Made by a program: the position numbers and the translations under genes. 64,000 nt of DNA. Origin: a bacterium (GTDB taxonomy: Bacteria; Omnitrophota; Gorgyraeia; Duberdicusellales; 4484-171). Under the pieces are notes generated by a model. That model ran no database searches, was not told the DNA's origin, and saw only the letters and a list, made by a program, of their open reading frames with translations. Shown piece after piece: positions 1 through 9,558 of the stretch (position 1 is its first letter; every line of letters starts with the position of its first letter). The stretch lies in contig JAJYOP010000001.1 of NCBI GenBank assembly GCA_021796115.1, forward strand, positions 36,778 through 100,777, written 5' to 3'.

Positions 1-354
1 TTTCTGTGCATCGGCGCGATAAATACCCTTTTCGGTTATTTTGCTTACGCATTTTTGGTCATTTTGCGGATTGATTACAGGATAGCGTTGACTATCAGCA
101 CAATCGCTGCCGTATTGTTCAATTTTCATACGAACGGCCGTTTTGTTTTTCGTAATACTGGAAGGACAGTATTATTAAAATTCATTTTCTTAAATGTAAT
201 TATGTATATAGTAAATCAAGGGCTTTTAATTTCCTGTGTCAGTTTAGGTATAGGTGAGCTGATCAGCCAGGCGTTTATCGTGCCTGTTATAGTAATTTCA
301 TCGTTCATCGCGAACAAACTCTGGGTTTTTAAAGCAAGAGAGGTTTTAAGCTAA
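1..354 (+). CDS. GtrA-family small membrane protein (polyprenol-P-sugar flippase-like), 5' partial at window edge
   Basis: Frame is open from nt 1 into ORF 55..354. About 100 aa with 3-4 hydrophobic helices, typical GtrA length and context at the head of the glycan locus. Confidence 0.5.
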   Translation, partial: FLCIGAINTLFGYFAYAFLVILRIDYRIALTISTIAAVLFNFHTNGRFVFRNTGRTVLLKFIFLNVIMYIVNQGLLISCVSLGIGELISQAFIVPVIVISSFIANKLWVFKAREVLS

Positions 355-359
355 ATAAA

Positions 360-1397
360 ATGCGTGCAGCTGTTTTGTATAAAAAAGGTTTAGTAGTTGA
401 AGATTCCATAGAAATACCTGAACTTAAAACGGGCCAGGTACTGGTGAAGCTGGCCTATACCGGCATCTGCCGCAGTCAGCTTTACGAGGTCAGGGGCTAT
501 CGGGGAGAAGATAAGTATTTACCGCATTTATTGGGCCACGAGGGTTCGGGCGTTGTCGTAAAAATCGGTAAGAGAGTGACCAAGGTAAAACCCAAAGACC
601 GCGTTATCCTCGGCTGGATAAAAGCTAAAGGCATAGACGCTGGCGGGACAACATACAAAAAAGCAAGCTGCGTTATTAATGCCGGAGCGGTGACGACACT
701 TAATGAATACGCTGTGGTGTCTGAAAACCGTTGCGTAAAATTACCCGCAGGCATACCCCTGGATGTAGCGGTTCTTTTTGGCTGCGCTATTTTAACCGGT
801 GGAGGGATAGTCTTTAACGAAGTAAAACCGGCAAAAGGAAGCACTATCGCCATTTTCGGGCTGGGCGGCATTGGTTTAAGCGCTTTAATGGCAACTAACC
901 TATTTCATTGTAAAAATATAATTGCCGTTGACATAGACGATAAAAAACTGAAATTAGCGAAATGCTTTGGTGCAACGCATTTAATTAATAGTACCAATGA
1001 CGATACTCTTGCGATAATAGATAAAATTACAAAAGGTCATGGCGTTGATTATAGCATTGAAGCGGCAGGGATAGTTTCCACTATAGAGCAAGCCTTTAAT
1101 GCCGTAAAAACAAATGGTGGGCTGTGTGTTTTTGCTACGCATCCTAAGACAGGTGACAAAATAAAACTTGATCCTCACGCTCTTATATCTGGAAAACAAA
1201 TCAAAGGCAGTTGGGGAGGAGCTTCCTGCCCGGATAGAGACATTCCACGTTTTGCTAAGCTCTATCGTGAGGGCAAACTCCCTTTGAAAAAACTTTTAAG
1301 TCATTCTTACAGCTTAAATGAAATAAACCGTGCTTTCGATGATTTAGAAAAACATAAGGTGGTCAGAGCATTTATTAAAATCGATAACAGTTTATAG
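360..1397 (+). CDS. zinc-dependent alcohol dehydrogenase family (MDR) oxidoreductase
   Basis: GHEGSGVV zinc-ligand motif, a Cys/His pattern (GICRSQ..H..GHE) and GxGxxG (IFGLGGIGLSA) at the expected spacing. 345 aa. Confidence 0.75.
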   Translation: MRAAVLYKKGLVVEDSIEIPELKTGQVLVKLAYTGICRSQLYEVRGYRGEDKYLPHLLGHEGSGVVVKIGKRVTKVKPKDRVILGWIKAKGIDAGGTTYKKASCVINAGAVTTLNEYAVVSENRCVKLPAGIPLDVAVLFGCAILTGGGIVFNEVKPAKGSTIAIFGLGGIGLSALMATNLFHCKNIIAVDIDDKKLKLAKCFGATHLINSTNDDTLAIIDKITKGHGVDYSIEAAGIVSTIEQAFNAVKTNGGLCVFATHPKTGDKIKLDPHALISGKQIKGSWGGASCPDRDIPRFAKLYREGKLPLKKLLSHSYSLNEINRAFDDLEKHKVVRAFIKIDNSL

Positions 1398-1409
1398 AGA
1401 GGTAGAAAA

Positions 1410-2177
1410 ATGAAAGTAGTAATTTTGGCAGGCGGGAAAGGAACGAGAATCAGCGAAGAAACTGAAAGTTTACCAAAACCAATGGTTGAAATAGGCGGCA
1501 ATCCTATCATCTGGCATATCATGAAACTATATTCTTCTTATGGTTTTAATGACTTTATCATCTGTCTTGGTTATAAAGGTTATATGATTAAAGAATATTT
1601 TTCGCATTATTTTTTGCACATGAGCGATGTAACTATAGATTTAAAAAACAATGACACTAAAATTCATGCAAGCACTTCAGAACCTTGGAAAATCACACTG
1701 GTCAATACCGGTTTGGAAACAATGACTGGCGGGCGTTTAAAGAGAATTGAGAAATATGTCCAAGGCAAAACATTTATGATGACTTACGGTGATGGCGTTA
1801 GTGATGTTAATATACCGGAACTGGTTAAAGCACATAAAATTAACAGGAAATTAGCTACCTTAACGGCAATACAAACTGCCGGTAGATTTGGCCTTCTGGA
1901 TATCGATAAGAAAAATAATATAAAATCTTTTTTGGAGAAACCAAAAACCGAAGGAAGTTGGATAAACGCCGGTTTCTTTGTTCTTGAGCCACAAATATTT
2001 GATTACATCGATGGAGATCTGACCATATGGGAAAAAGAACCATTAGAAAATTTAGCCAAAGAAGGACAGCTGAATGCTTATAAACATATGGGGTTTTGGA
2101 AGTGTATGGATACACTGCGGGATAAGATTGAATTAGAACGTTTATGGAATACTGATGATGCTCCTTGGAGAATATAA
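1410..2177 (+). CDS. rfbF: glucose-1-phosphate cytidylyltransferase (CDP-glucose pyrophosphorylase)
   Basis: N-terminus MKVVILAGGKGTRISEET..PKPMVEIGG.PIIWHIM and length 255 aa are characteristic of RfbF/DdhA. RBS GAGAGG lies upstream. Confidence 0.85.
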   Translation: MKVVILAGGKGTRISEETESLPKPMVEIGGNPIIWHIMKLYSSYGFNDFIICLGYKGYMIKEYFSHYFLHMSDVTIDLKNNDTKIHASTSEPWKITLVNTGLETMTGGRLKRIEKYVQGKTFMMTYGDGVSDVNIPELVKAHKINRKLATLTAIQTAGRFGLLDIDKKNNIKSFLEKPKTEGSWINAGFFVLEPQIFDYIDGDLTIWEKEPLENLAKEGQLNAYKHMGFWKCMDTLRDKIELERLWNTDDAPWRI

Positions 2178-3151
2178 AAATGAAAAACTTCTGGCAGAAT
2201 AAAAAAGTGCTTATAACCGGTTTCGAAGGGTTCTTGGGATCGAATTTAACCCTAAATTTGCTTTCTAAAGGGGCAAGTATTGTTGGGTTAGATATTCAAA
2301 CAGATAGAAAAGATACTATTTTCACACCGGAAGAATATAAAAAGATAAAAGTTATCAAAGGTGATGTTGCCGATTTTACTCTAGTAAAAAAAATTATCTC
2401 TGGTTCCAAAATAGAAATAGTCTTCCATCTGGCGGCAGAGGCCATCGTCGGTAAATCGCATCAAAATCCGCTAAAGACATTTTCTTCCAATATCGAAGGC
2501 ACGTGGAATATTTTGGAAGCCTGCCGTAACGCAAAGACAATTGAAAGCATAGTGGTTGCTTCAAGCGATAAGGCTTACGGAAGTCATAAAAAATTACCTT
2601 ACAGAGAGGACGCTCCGTTGATCGGCAACCACCCTTACGACGTTTCCAAGAGTTGCGCCGATTTAATTGCTTATACCTATTTTCACACTTACGGGCTTCC
2701 GGTAGCAGTAACGCGTTGCGGAAACATTTATGGGCCGGGAGATTTTAACTTTTCCCGCATAGTCCCTGACGCGATGCGTTCGGCGCTTTCCGGAAAAACT
2801 CTTCTTATCCGCAGTGACGGCAAATTCACCCGCGATTATGTTTATGTGGACGATATCGTCAACGGTTATATTATTTTGGCAGAAAGGCTCAATAAACTGG
2901 GTTTAGGCGGAGAATCCTTTAATTTCAGTGATGAAAATCCGATTACCGTCATAGAATTAGTGAATAAAATATTCAAGCTTCTCGGTAAAAAACCGGACTA
3001 TAAAATTCTTAATAAAGCGAACTACGAAATAAAGCACCAATATTTGGCTTCGCGAAAAGCCAGGACTCTTCTGGGATGGAAACCGGACAATACTCTTGCT
3101 GGAGGATTGAAAAAAACGCTTAAATGGTATTCTCACGGATTTGGAAGGTGA
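2165..3151 (+). CDS. rfbG: CDP-glucose 4,6-dehydratase
   Basis: NAD Rossmann motif VLITGFEGFLGSNL, an SDR-type YxxxK (YDVSK), 328 aa, and a 13-nt overlap with rfbF. Confidence 0.8.
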   Translation: MENIKMKNFWQNKKVLITGFEGFLGSNLTLNLLSKGASIVGLDIQTDRKDTIFTPEEYKKIKVIKGDVADFTLVKKIISGSKIEIVFHLAAEAIVGKSHQNPLKTFSSNIEGTWNILEACRNAKTIESIVVASSDKAYGSHKKLPYREDAPLIGNHPYDVSKSCADLIAYTYFHTYGLPVAVTRCGNIYGPGDFNFSRIVPDAMRSALSGKTLLIRSDGKFTRDYVYVDDIVNGYIILAERLNKLGLGGESFNFSDENPITVIELVNKIFKLLGKKPDYKILNKANYEIKHQYLASRKARTLLGWKPDNTLAGGLKKTLKWYSHGFGR

Positions 3152-5118
3152 TGAGCAAAAAAAATTCTTTGAACATATTGACCAGGATAGTGAAGTTCTT
3201 ATTCCTCCTGTCCGGACTGCTTTTTTGCGCATACCTCATAGCTTTAAATCTTCCGCAAAAATTTTATTATAAATTTAAACACGCCGATACATACACAAAT
3301 ATCGATTACGGCAGCTCGTCACAAGCTACCAGCCAATCGTCAATAAAAGAATTTAGGCAAAAAGATATTCGCGGATTCAAGGATATTGCTATAAGCTTTG
3401 CCATGAAAACATATTCCATAGACGATCATAACAACGTTTTCCAGACAGCCCCCTTCAACTCAGGCATTCGGATGGAATTAAGCAAGCCGTCGACATTAGT
3501 TTTGATAGTAAAATCCAATACTTCTTCCGGATTCGCCCCAATTATTTTGACGAAATCAATAAAACTTAATAAATGGTACAACATCGCTATAAATATAGAC
3601 AGATTGGGCCATGTAAAAATAATATTGGATAATGAGCAGATAGTTAACTGGGTAGACAGAAACCTGGATTTTGCCGTATCAGACATAATGGTGGGCGCAG
3701 GTTTTGATAAAACCCGGGTATTTAAAGGAAAAATATCAAACTTTAAGCTCAGCCTGAAAGTGTTCGAGAAAATGAATTTGGCAAAAATAAAGATAATAAA
3801 ATATGTTTTCGACATAACGTTATTATTTGCAATAGGGTTATTGATTTGGCTTAAAAAAGCAAAAATTTGGAATTTTATATCTAAATATTTTCGAGTATTC
3901 GACACCCTGTTCCAATACCCATTAGACAGGGAAGAAAAAATGAATCTGTTTTCCCTGGTCATCATTGCTGGGTTCTTTTTATCGACGGTTTTCCATTATA
4001 TGAAAGGAATGTTCTATAATTTCGCATATCCAATTAATACTTTTCTTCCCAACGGCGTTACCAGGTACGGAGATTTTTACGGCGCATTTTCTCCCTGGGT
4101 TGTTTCCGGATTCCGGGGGACAGTTCTTGCTTATTTCCCAAGCGTATTTCTTATATTAGATATATTTGCAAGAATTAATAGGGATCCGTATAGAGCGCTG
4201 GCGATATATTTAACGGTATTCTGCTGTTTTCTTCTCGTATATGCCTATAAAAATCTGAAATCCATAAGCAAATTCAACACTTTAAGAAATATTATCGCCG
4301 TGTTTATGTCTTATCCGGTCCTTTTCACAATACACACTGGTAACCTGGAAAGTTTTGTTTTTATTTTCCTATGCCTCTTCATATATTTTTATCAAAAAGA
4401 AAAAAATATGCTCGGCTGTTTATTTTTAGGGATGGCTATTTCAATGAAAATATTCCCGGCAGTTTTTTTTATTCTCATGTTATCGGATAAAAAATATAAA
4501 CAGATTCTTTACACAATGCTTTGGACATTGGTGTTAACGGTTGTTCCTCTTGCCATGTTTGGTGGGCTGTCAAAAAGCGGGTTCAGCAACTACTTGGCAA
4601 ACCTTATGACTGGCCAAAAGTTTTACAAAGAATTAATGATTATTTCATCTTCAGGTAACCATTACGGCCACAGCCTCTTAAATGCAGTAAGGGTCTTAAG
4701 CGGTAATTCAATGCCGCCCATGTCACGGGTGTTAATGCCGTATCTGGTCCTTTCTTTGATTGTTTTTATCGCCTTGTCGCTGTTTATCATTTTGTATGAA
4801 AATATTTTCTGGAAAAAGGTAGCTTTATTGATAATTGCCATGAATGTTTTGCCTTATACTTCCACGGACTATAAGCTGACCCATTTATTAATACCCTTAT
4901 TCCTCTTTATTAATTATACAAAGAAGGAAGGGTTGGACTTTTTATATGTCCTGTTGTTTTCTTTGATATTAATTCCCAAGGATTATTACGTTTTCCCGTG
5001 GTCTAAGTATTACAATTTAAATACAGTCCTTAATCCGGCAATTATGCTGGCAATCTTATTTTTAATTGTCTTTCAAAGATTAAAGATAAATTCAAAAAAA
5101 CTTCCTAGAGTGGAATGA
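3151..5118 (+). CDS. membrane protein: N-terminal signal-anchor, ConA/LamG-like jellyroll domain (family-1), fused to a long polytopic domain (possibly GT-C/DUF2029-like)
   Basis: ATG at 3151 overlaps the rfbG stop (TGATG); the ORF track gives an upstream start at 3124. Motifs NVFQTAPFNSGIRMEL..WYNIAINID..DIMVGAGFDKTRVFKGKISNFKL are shared with ORFs 5188 and 8410. The pattern W[YH]-v-a-v-t-D..IGA..F-G-I-D/N-f matches the C-terminal strands of LamG_3-type domains. At least 10 predicted TM helices follow. Confidence 0.5.
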   Translation: MSKKNSLNILTRIVKFLFLLSGLLFCAYLIALNLPQKFYYKFKHADTYTNIDYGSSSQATSQSSIKEFRQKDIRGFKDIAISFAMKTYSIDDHNNVFQTAPFNSGIRMELSKPSTLVLIVKSNTSSGFAPIILTKSIKLNKWYNIAINIDRLGHVKIILDNEQIVNWVDRNLDFAVSDIMVGAGFDKTRVFKGKISNFKLSLKVFEKMNLAKIKIIKYVFDITLLFAIGLLIWLKKAKIWNFISKYFRVFDTLFQYPLDREEKMNLFSLVIIAGFFLSTVFHYMKGMFYNFAYPINTFLPNGVTRYGDFYGAFSPWVVSGFRGTVLAYFPSVFLILDIFARINRDPYRALAIYLTVFCCFLLVYAYKNLKSISKFNTLRNIIAVFMSYPVLFTIHTGNLESFVFIFLCLFIYFYQKEKNMLGCLFLGMAISMKIFPAVFFILMLSDKKYKQILYTMLWTLVLTVVPLAMFGGLSKSGFSNYLANLMTGQKFYKELMIISSSGNHYGHSLLNAVRVLSGNSMPPMSRVLMPYLVLSLIVFIALSLFIILYENIFWKKVALLIIAMNVLPYTSTDYKLTHLLIPLFLFINYTKKEGLDFLYVLLFSLILIPKDYYVFPWSKYYNLNTVLNPAIMLAILFLIVFQRLKINSKKLPRVE

Positions 5119-5187
5119 TTTTTTGAATAAACAACTCTACTTTTTCAAATTTTAAAAGCAGCACAATATATTAAAAAACGTAATGCT

Positions 5188-6471
5188 ATGAATATCTTTA
5201 CGAAAAAAAACGTTTTTCTATGGCTTTCAATGATTTTTATTTTATTTTTCATTTCTATATTAACCCACCACTTTTGCAGCAAAACCGAATCAATAGTTCA
5301 TTCTGGAATCTATTACAACAGTTTTTCCGGAGACCGGAACATAGCGTCGGTGAAAGAATTTTTTGAAAAAAGAAGAATCCAGCCGGAAAAAATTTCCATA
5401 AGTTTTACGATGAAACCGGAAGATTTGTTATACGACAATGTTTTTCAGACTGCTTCCGATGGAAAAGGCATAAGAATGGAATTATACGCCCCGCCGGCCG
5501 AAAAAGAAGCAAATCTTGACCTTTTTGTCGGGACCATTCCGGGTCTTCCAAAAGTTGAGCAGAGATATACGTTGCTAACAGATGCAAAACGCGGCGCGAC
5601 TTATTCGGTGGATATAAAAATAGATAAAAATAAAAAACTGAAAGTGTGGATAAATAATAGGCTTGTCCTGGACATAACAAATAAAAATCTGCGATATATC
5701 GTTGGCGACATCGCTGTAGGCGCAGGCGCAAATAAAAAGCGGGGCTTTAACGGGGAGATCAAAGATTTTAATATAGAATATAAGATCGTAAAAAGAAGCA
5801 GATGGTTTTTCGTAATAAACATATTGCTTTTTGCCTCGTTTATTTATTTAGTTTGCGGGCCTATATTTAAAAGCTTAAATAGCATTATGAAATCTTTGCG
5901 TAAGTTTATGAAAACAACAATACCTTATAATTTCTTTCTCCGGTTTATAAAAAGAATCATTGAGGGATATAGCTTCCTTGCAGCTAAAGAGAATATTATT
6001 TTATTGCATTTCTTTGTCTGCAGCATAGGGCTGACCACAATACTTAATATCGTATCTTGCGAAATATATAATAATTATTTTACGATACATCCGAAACTTA
6101 GCCTCTGGGCAACCCAATTTTTCTTTCCCGGAAAAGTTGAAGAACTTTTGCTATATATGTTTAGCCTCGTATCTTTTTTCTTATACTACGCATGCGCTTT
6201 CATTATTTTATTCAAAACCAGAAAGGATTTCGGCAACGATTTTTTTGTGTTTATAACAAAGAAATTATTCCGCTTTATTGCCTATCTATCAGCGGCTATA
6301 GCCGGTAATATTTTTATAATAAGCGAGACAATATTTTTCAGACTCCCGGCATTCTTGCCGGCATTTTTCCTCTGGCTCTGCATTTTTTTATTCCCTTTTT
6401 ATTACGGGTATTTATTCTTAAGAAAAGGTACAATTGACAGCCTTTCCGGAAAAACCATAAAAAAGCGATGA
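5188..6471 (+). CDS. family-1 paralog: membrane-anchored ConA/LamG-like domain protein with a 6-TM C-terminal region
   Basis: YDNVFQTASDGKGIRMEL..DIAVGAGANKKRGFNGEIKDFNI is homologous to the N-domains of ORFs 3151 and 8410. There is an N-terminal TM helix and a hydrophobic C-terminal half. Confidence 0.5.
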   Translation: MNIFTKKNVFLWLSMIFILFFISILTHHFCSKTESIVHSGIYYNSFSGDRNIASVKEFFEKRRIQPEKISISFTMKPEDLLYDNVFQTASDGKGIRMELYAPPAEKEANLDLFVGTIPGLPKVEQRYTLLTDAKRGATYSVDIKIDKNKKLKVWINNRLVLDITNKNLRYIVGDIAVGAGANKKRGFNGEIKDFNIEYKIVKRSRWFFVINILLFASFIYLVCGPIFKSLNSIMKSLRKFMKTTIPYNFFLRFIKRIIEGYSFLAAKENIILLHFFVCSIGLTTILNIVSCEIYNNYFTIHPKLSLWATQFFFPGKVEELLLYMFSLVSFFLYYACAFIILFKTRKDFGNDFFVFITKKLFRFIAYLSAAIAGNIFIISETIFFRLPAFLPAFFLWLCIFLFPFYYGYLFLRKGTIDSLSGKTIKKR

Positions 6472-8318
6472 GATTAGTGAAAAATCAATATTGGCTGAAG
6501 TTTGTTACGCAACACAAGTATGATTTTATCGCAGCCGCCTTCATCGTGGCTTTAATCCTACAGATGTTTTCGATGTTCTATCCGTATCTTTCCGGGAAAA
6601 TCGTTGTCGTTAATAATTATATTAATATCCCCGAAGAAACCAAGTCACCTTGCGGGTATATTGATAATTTGAAATATATCGGTTACGTGGCGAAACAAGA
6701 TGCGAATTTGCCTAAACAGCCGCCAAAAGACAATCCCGTAAATGACAAGCGTATAAGCAATGAGGGAACATTAAATAATTGTTTAAGTGTTAGCGAATTT
6801 TTTGACAAAAACCGCACAGAGCTTTCATGGTTGACTATGTGTGGGTGGTTTATGCACCATCATAACGCCCTTCTGGCGCCGATTAATGAATATACCTTGG
6901 GCAGGCATGTCAAAGACATATTTTTTATTTATGGCTCATTTAATACGATAATTCTCGCCGAGCTCATCAAAATGTCCGGCGGGGTAACGCTCGAAAATTA
7001 TTTTAAGGTGTTATATTCATTTTATCCGTTATATTACCTTCTTTTTCTGACGGTTATTTTTATAATCTTTAGGCGCACAAATTACCTGCTTTTATCAGCC
7101 ATCATTGCCTTTTCGTTTTTAAATAATCTTAATTTTATCAGTATCTATCTTGCTCCGGGCTTTAATCCCATACGGCAATTATTCTTTCTGCCCATGTTCT
7201 TATTTTTATATTTATATTTTAAGCAACAAAAAACTATCCTTTTCTTATTGGTCTGTTTTTTTTCTTTAGTGTCATTATTGGCCTGCAAAGAGTTCGGTAT
7301 TTGCGGCATACTGGCTTTATGCGCAATTATATTCATAAAGAATCTAAATGAAAAAAACCCGGCCAGAATGAAAGAGATAACGATTATCCTTATAACTTTG
7401 ATACTCGCATCATTATTCTGGCAACCGGGGAAAAGCAACGCAACAGGCGTCAATTCCCTTAAGTATTCTCTAAGACTGTTTGCACCTCTGGCAGGCAAAA
7501 ATCTTTTAAACTTTATATTAATATGCCTTAGTTTTTGTTATGTAGTTTTTATAAAAGTAATGAAAACCAAAGGATATTTGAAATATTTGGCGCTTTTCCT
7601 GTTTATATATTTTCAGGGAATTCTTGTCTATTACGTCTGGAATCCTGCGCCAAACCACTTTAGCAACATATCAATGCCTCTGGTGTTGATGATTATACTC
7701 ATATTGAAAATTTTCTTAAACAGCTCTCACTTAAAAAAATACGAAAATATTGCCGTAAACACATTAATAATTATTCTGTTTTTCGCTGCCTATCTGCCCT
7801 CCTTAAAATCATATTATTTGGAGAGATCGCCATATCAAAAAATAGTTGATGACCATAAAATCTATGATTGGGATTTGCCTGCCGCAAAGATAAAAAGCAC
7901 CATGAACCCCGGATATTTTTTAAATGCCGTTGAGCTTATACATAAATATTCTCCCGACAGTAATTCGATTTATATAATTTCCAAGTACGATAATTTATTA
8001 CCATTCCTTGCGCGCCGCTATTCGATGATGCCTTACCATGAGGTAGGGGTGAATTTGATAACGGAGAAAGAAGTGAAGCTGTGTATTGATGCTATATTGA
8101 GGGATAAACCGCAATATCTATTCGTTGATAGCGATATCGATGGCGATGAATTCCTTAATAACATAAAAAAATCATCTACTTTAAGAAGAGAAGGGTTAGA
8201 TCCTTCTCTTAAAATAGAAATGTCTGCCGAACTGAGAAAAATCTATTCCGGAGTAAAAGAGTATTACAATCTGCTAAAGCGGGGAGACATTATAAGCGTA
8301 TATAAGTTAAAAGGCTAG
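6468..8318 (+). CDS. family-2 paralog: large polytopic membrane protein with conserved C-terminal soluble domain (putative GT-C-type glycosyltransferase)
   Basis: The ATGA start/stop overlap with ORF 5188 indicates translational coupling. Conserved blocks shared with ORFs 9542 and 18523 are CGWFMHHHNALLAPINEY, NYFKVLYSFYP, SIYLAPGFNPIRQL, FQGILVYYVWNPAPNH, and a C-terminal IYIISKYDNLLPFLARRYSMMP..YLFVD. Confidence 0.5.
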   Translation: MRLVKNQYWLKFVTQHKYDFIAAAFIVALILQMFSMFYPYLSGKIVVVNNYINIPEETKSPCGYIDNLKYIGYVAKQDANLPKQPPKDNPVNDKRISNEGTLNNCLSVSEFFDKNRTELSWLTMCGWFMHHHNALLAPINEYTLGRHVKDIFFIYGSFNTIILAELIKMSGGVTLENYFKVLYSFYPLYYLLFLTVIFIIFRRTNYLLLSAIIAFSFLNNLNFISIYLAPGFNPIRQLFFLPMFLFLYLYFKQQKTILFLLVCFFSLVSLLACKEFGICGILALCAIIFIKNLNEKNPARMKEITIILITLILASLFWQPGKSNATGVNSLKYSLRLFAPLAGKNLLNFILICLSFCYVVFIKVMKTKGYLKYLALFLFIYFQGILVYYVWNPAPNHFSNISMPLVLMIILILKIFLNSSHLKKYENIAVNTLIIILFFAAYLPSLKSYYLERSPYQKIVDDHKIYDWDLPAAKIKSTMNPGYFLNAVELIHKYSPDSNSIYIISKYDNLLPFLARRYSMMPYHEVGVNLITEKEVKLCIDAILRDKPQYLFVDSDIDGDEFLNNIKKSSTLRREGLDPSLKIEMSAELRKIYSGVKEYYNLLKRGDIISVYKLKG

Positions 8319-8409
8319 AATCGCGGGAACAACAGAAGCTGATTTTTTGTATAAATAGGCGGATTTTTAGGTCGAACGATAACTCTAGAGGAAAGAAAGT
8401 TGCGGTTTT

Positions 8410-9558
8410 ATGAATAAACTTGGCAAAATACCGTTAATTTTAACTTTGTTTGCGGCTATATTTTATTTCGGCATAATTATTTGTTTAATATCGCCATGGT
8501 TAATCAGCAGCCACAAAAAATACAGCATTCAATCATTTGACAGCCATTCGGGAGAAAATTATAAAATCACGCACAAAGAGATCAAGACAGGAAAAAGTTT
8601 ATTAACGCGAGGCCTAAAGATAAACTTCCGCTTCAAGATTTACCATATTGACGGCTATGATAATCTCTTCCAAACTGCTCCGTATAATTCCGGTATCCGG
8701 ATGGAACTTTCCCCTCCCTCGACGCTGGCTTTGATAGCCGACTGCGGAATGCCGTGGGGGGTAAGGGGGTTTATCGTAAGCGATGAGATAGATACCGGCA
8801 GATGGTATAAAGTTATGATTACGATAAATAAATTTAATCACTTATCGGTTTTTTTGGATGGCCGGTCGATCGTAAACGAAACGCTCCCCTTTTTGCATTA
8901 CAGCCTTTCCGACATAGCCGCAGGTACCGGTTTTGACGGAACCAGGATGTTTAACGGAAAAATTTCTGATTTTAATATCGAAGCAGAAATGGTTTCGCAA
9001 CAGTTGTACGCAAAGTTAAATTTTCTAAAAAAAATTTTGGGAAATATTCTCATTTTCATGATACTTTTTAACATAGCAATCTTAATCGCCGATAAAAATA
9101 GCATCTTACTGCTTATTTTTTTTATTTATAGCTTTGGGTTGATAACTATTTTACCCCTGGTAGCGGATAAAGTTTTTTCCTATAACCTCTTCAACGGGGA
9201 AACTGTAGTCTTTAATGATTGGGCATTAAAATTTGTGTTTTCCGAAAAATCCAGGGATTTACTGTCTTACATATTCATGACCTTATCGCTTTTCTTATAT
9301 TATTTCCTGTTTTTTGTTCTGACATATACGCGCAAGGGCGGCCATGGCAGAATCTTTGCTTTATTCTTCGCGCAAAAGGAGTATAAGATTTGGCAGTATT
9401 TATTTATAGCAATGGCGGTAAATTTATTAATAATAAGATTAGGGAAAATATATCATGGGCCATATTTGCTAAGCTTTCAATATATTATATGGGTTCTCTC
9501 TTTTTTTGCATCCATACTAACCCCATTAATAAGAAATAAATATGTCCAGCAAATTTAA
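8410..9558 (+). CDS. family-1 paralog: membrane-anchored ConA/LamG-like domain protein with a multi-TM C-terminal region
   Basis: YDNLFQTAPYNSGIRMELSPPSTLALIAD..WYKVMITIN..DIAAGTGFDGTRMFNGKISDFNI, with an N-terminal TM helix. Confidence 0.5.
   Translation: MNKLGKIPLILTLFAAIFYFGIIICLISPWLISSHKKYSIQSFDSHSGENYKITHKEIKTGKSLLTRGLKINFRFKIYHIDGYDNLFQTAPYNSGIRMELSPPSTLALIADCGMPWGVRGFIVSDEIDTGRWYKVMITINKFNHLSVFLDGRSIVNETLPFLHYSLSDIAAGTGFDGTRMFNGKISDFNIEAEMVSQQLYAKLNFLKKILGNILIFMILFNIAILIADKNSILLLIFFIYSFGLITILPLVADKVFSYNLFNGETVVFNDWALKFVFSEKSRDLLSYIFMTLSLFLYYFLFFVLTYTRKGGHGRIFALFFAQKEYKIWQYLFIAMAVNLLIIRLGKIYHGPYLLSFQYIIWVLSFFASILTPLIRNKYVQQI

Noticed and set aside
3426-3965. 179-aa ORF on the minus strand, and many similar minus-strand ORFs (e.g. 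497..871, 15159..15605, 36442..36903, 37057..37530, 37531..37905, 43313..43846, 46261..46656)
   Set aside because: Each lies entirely inside a + strand gene with strong family signatures. They have low-complexity composition and no RBS. They are antisense artefacts of AT-rich coding sequence.
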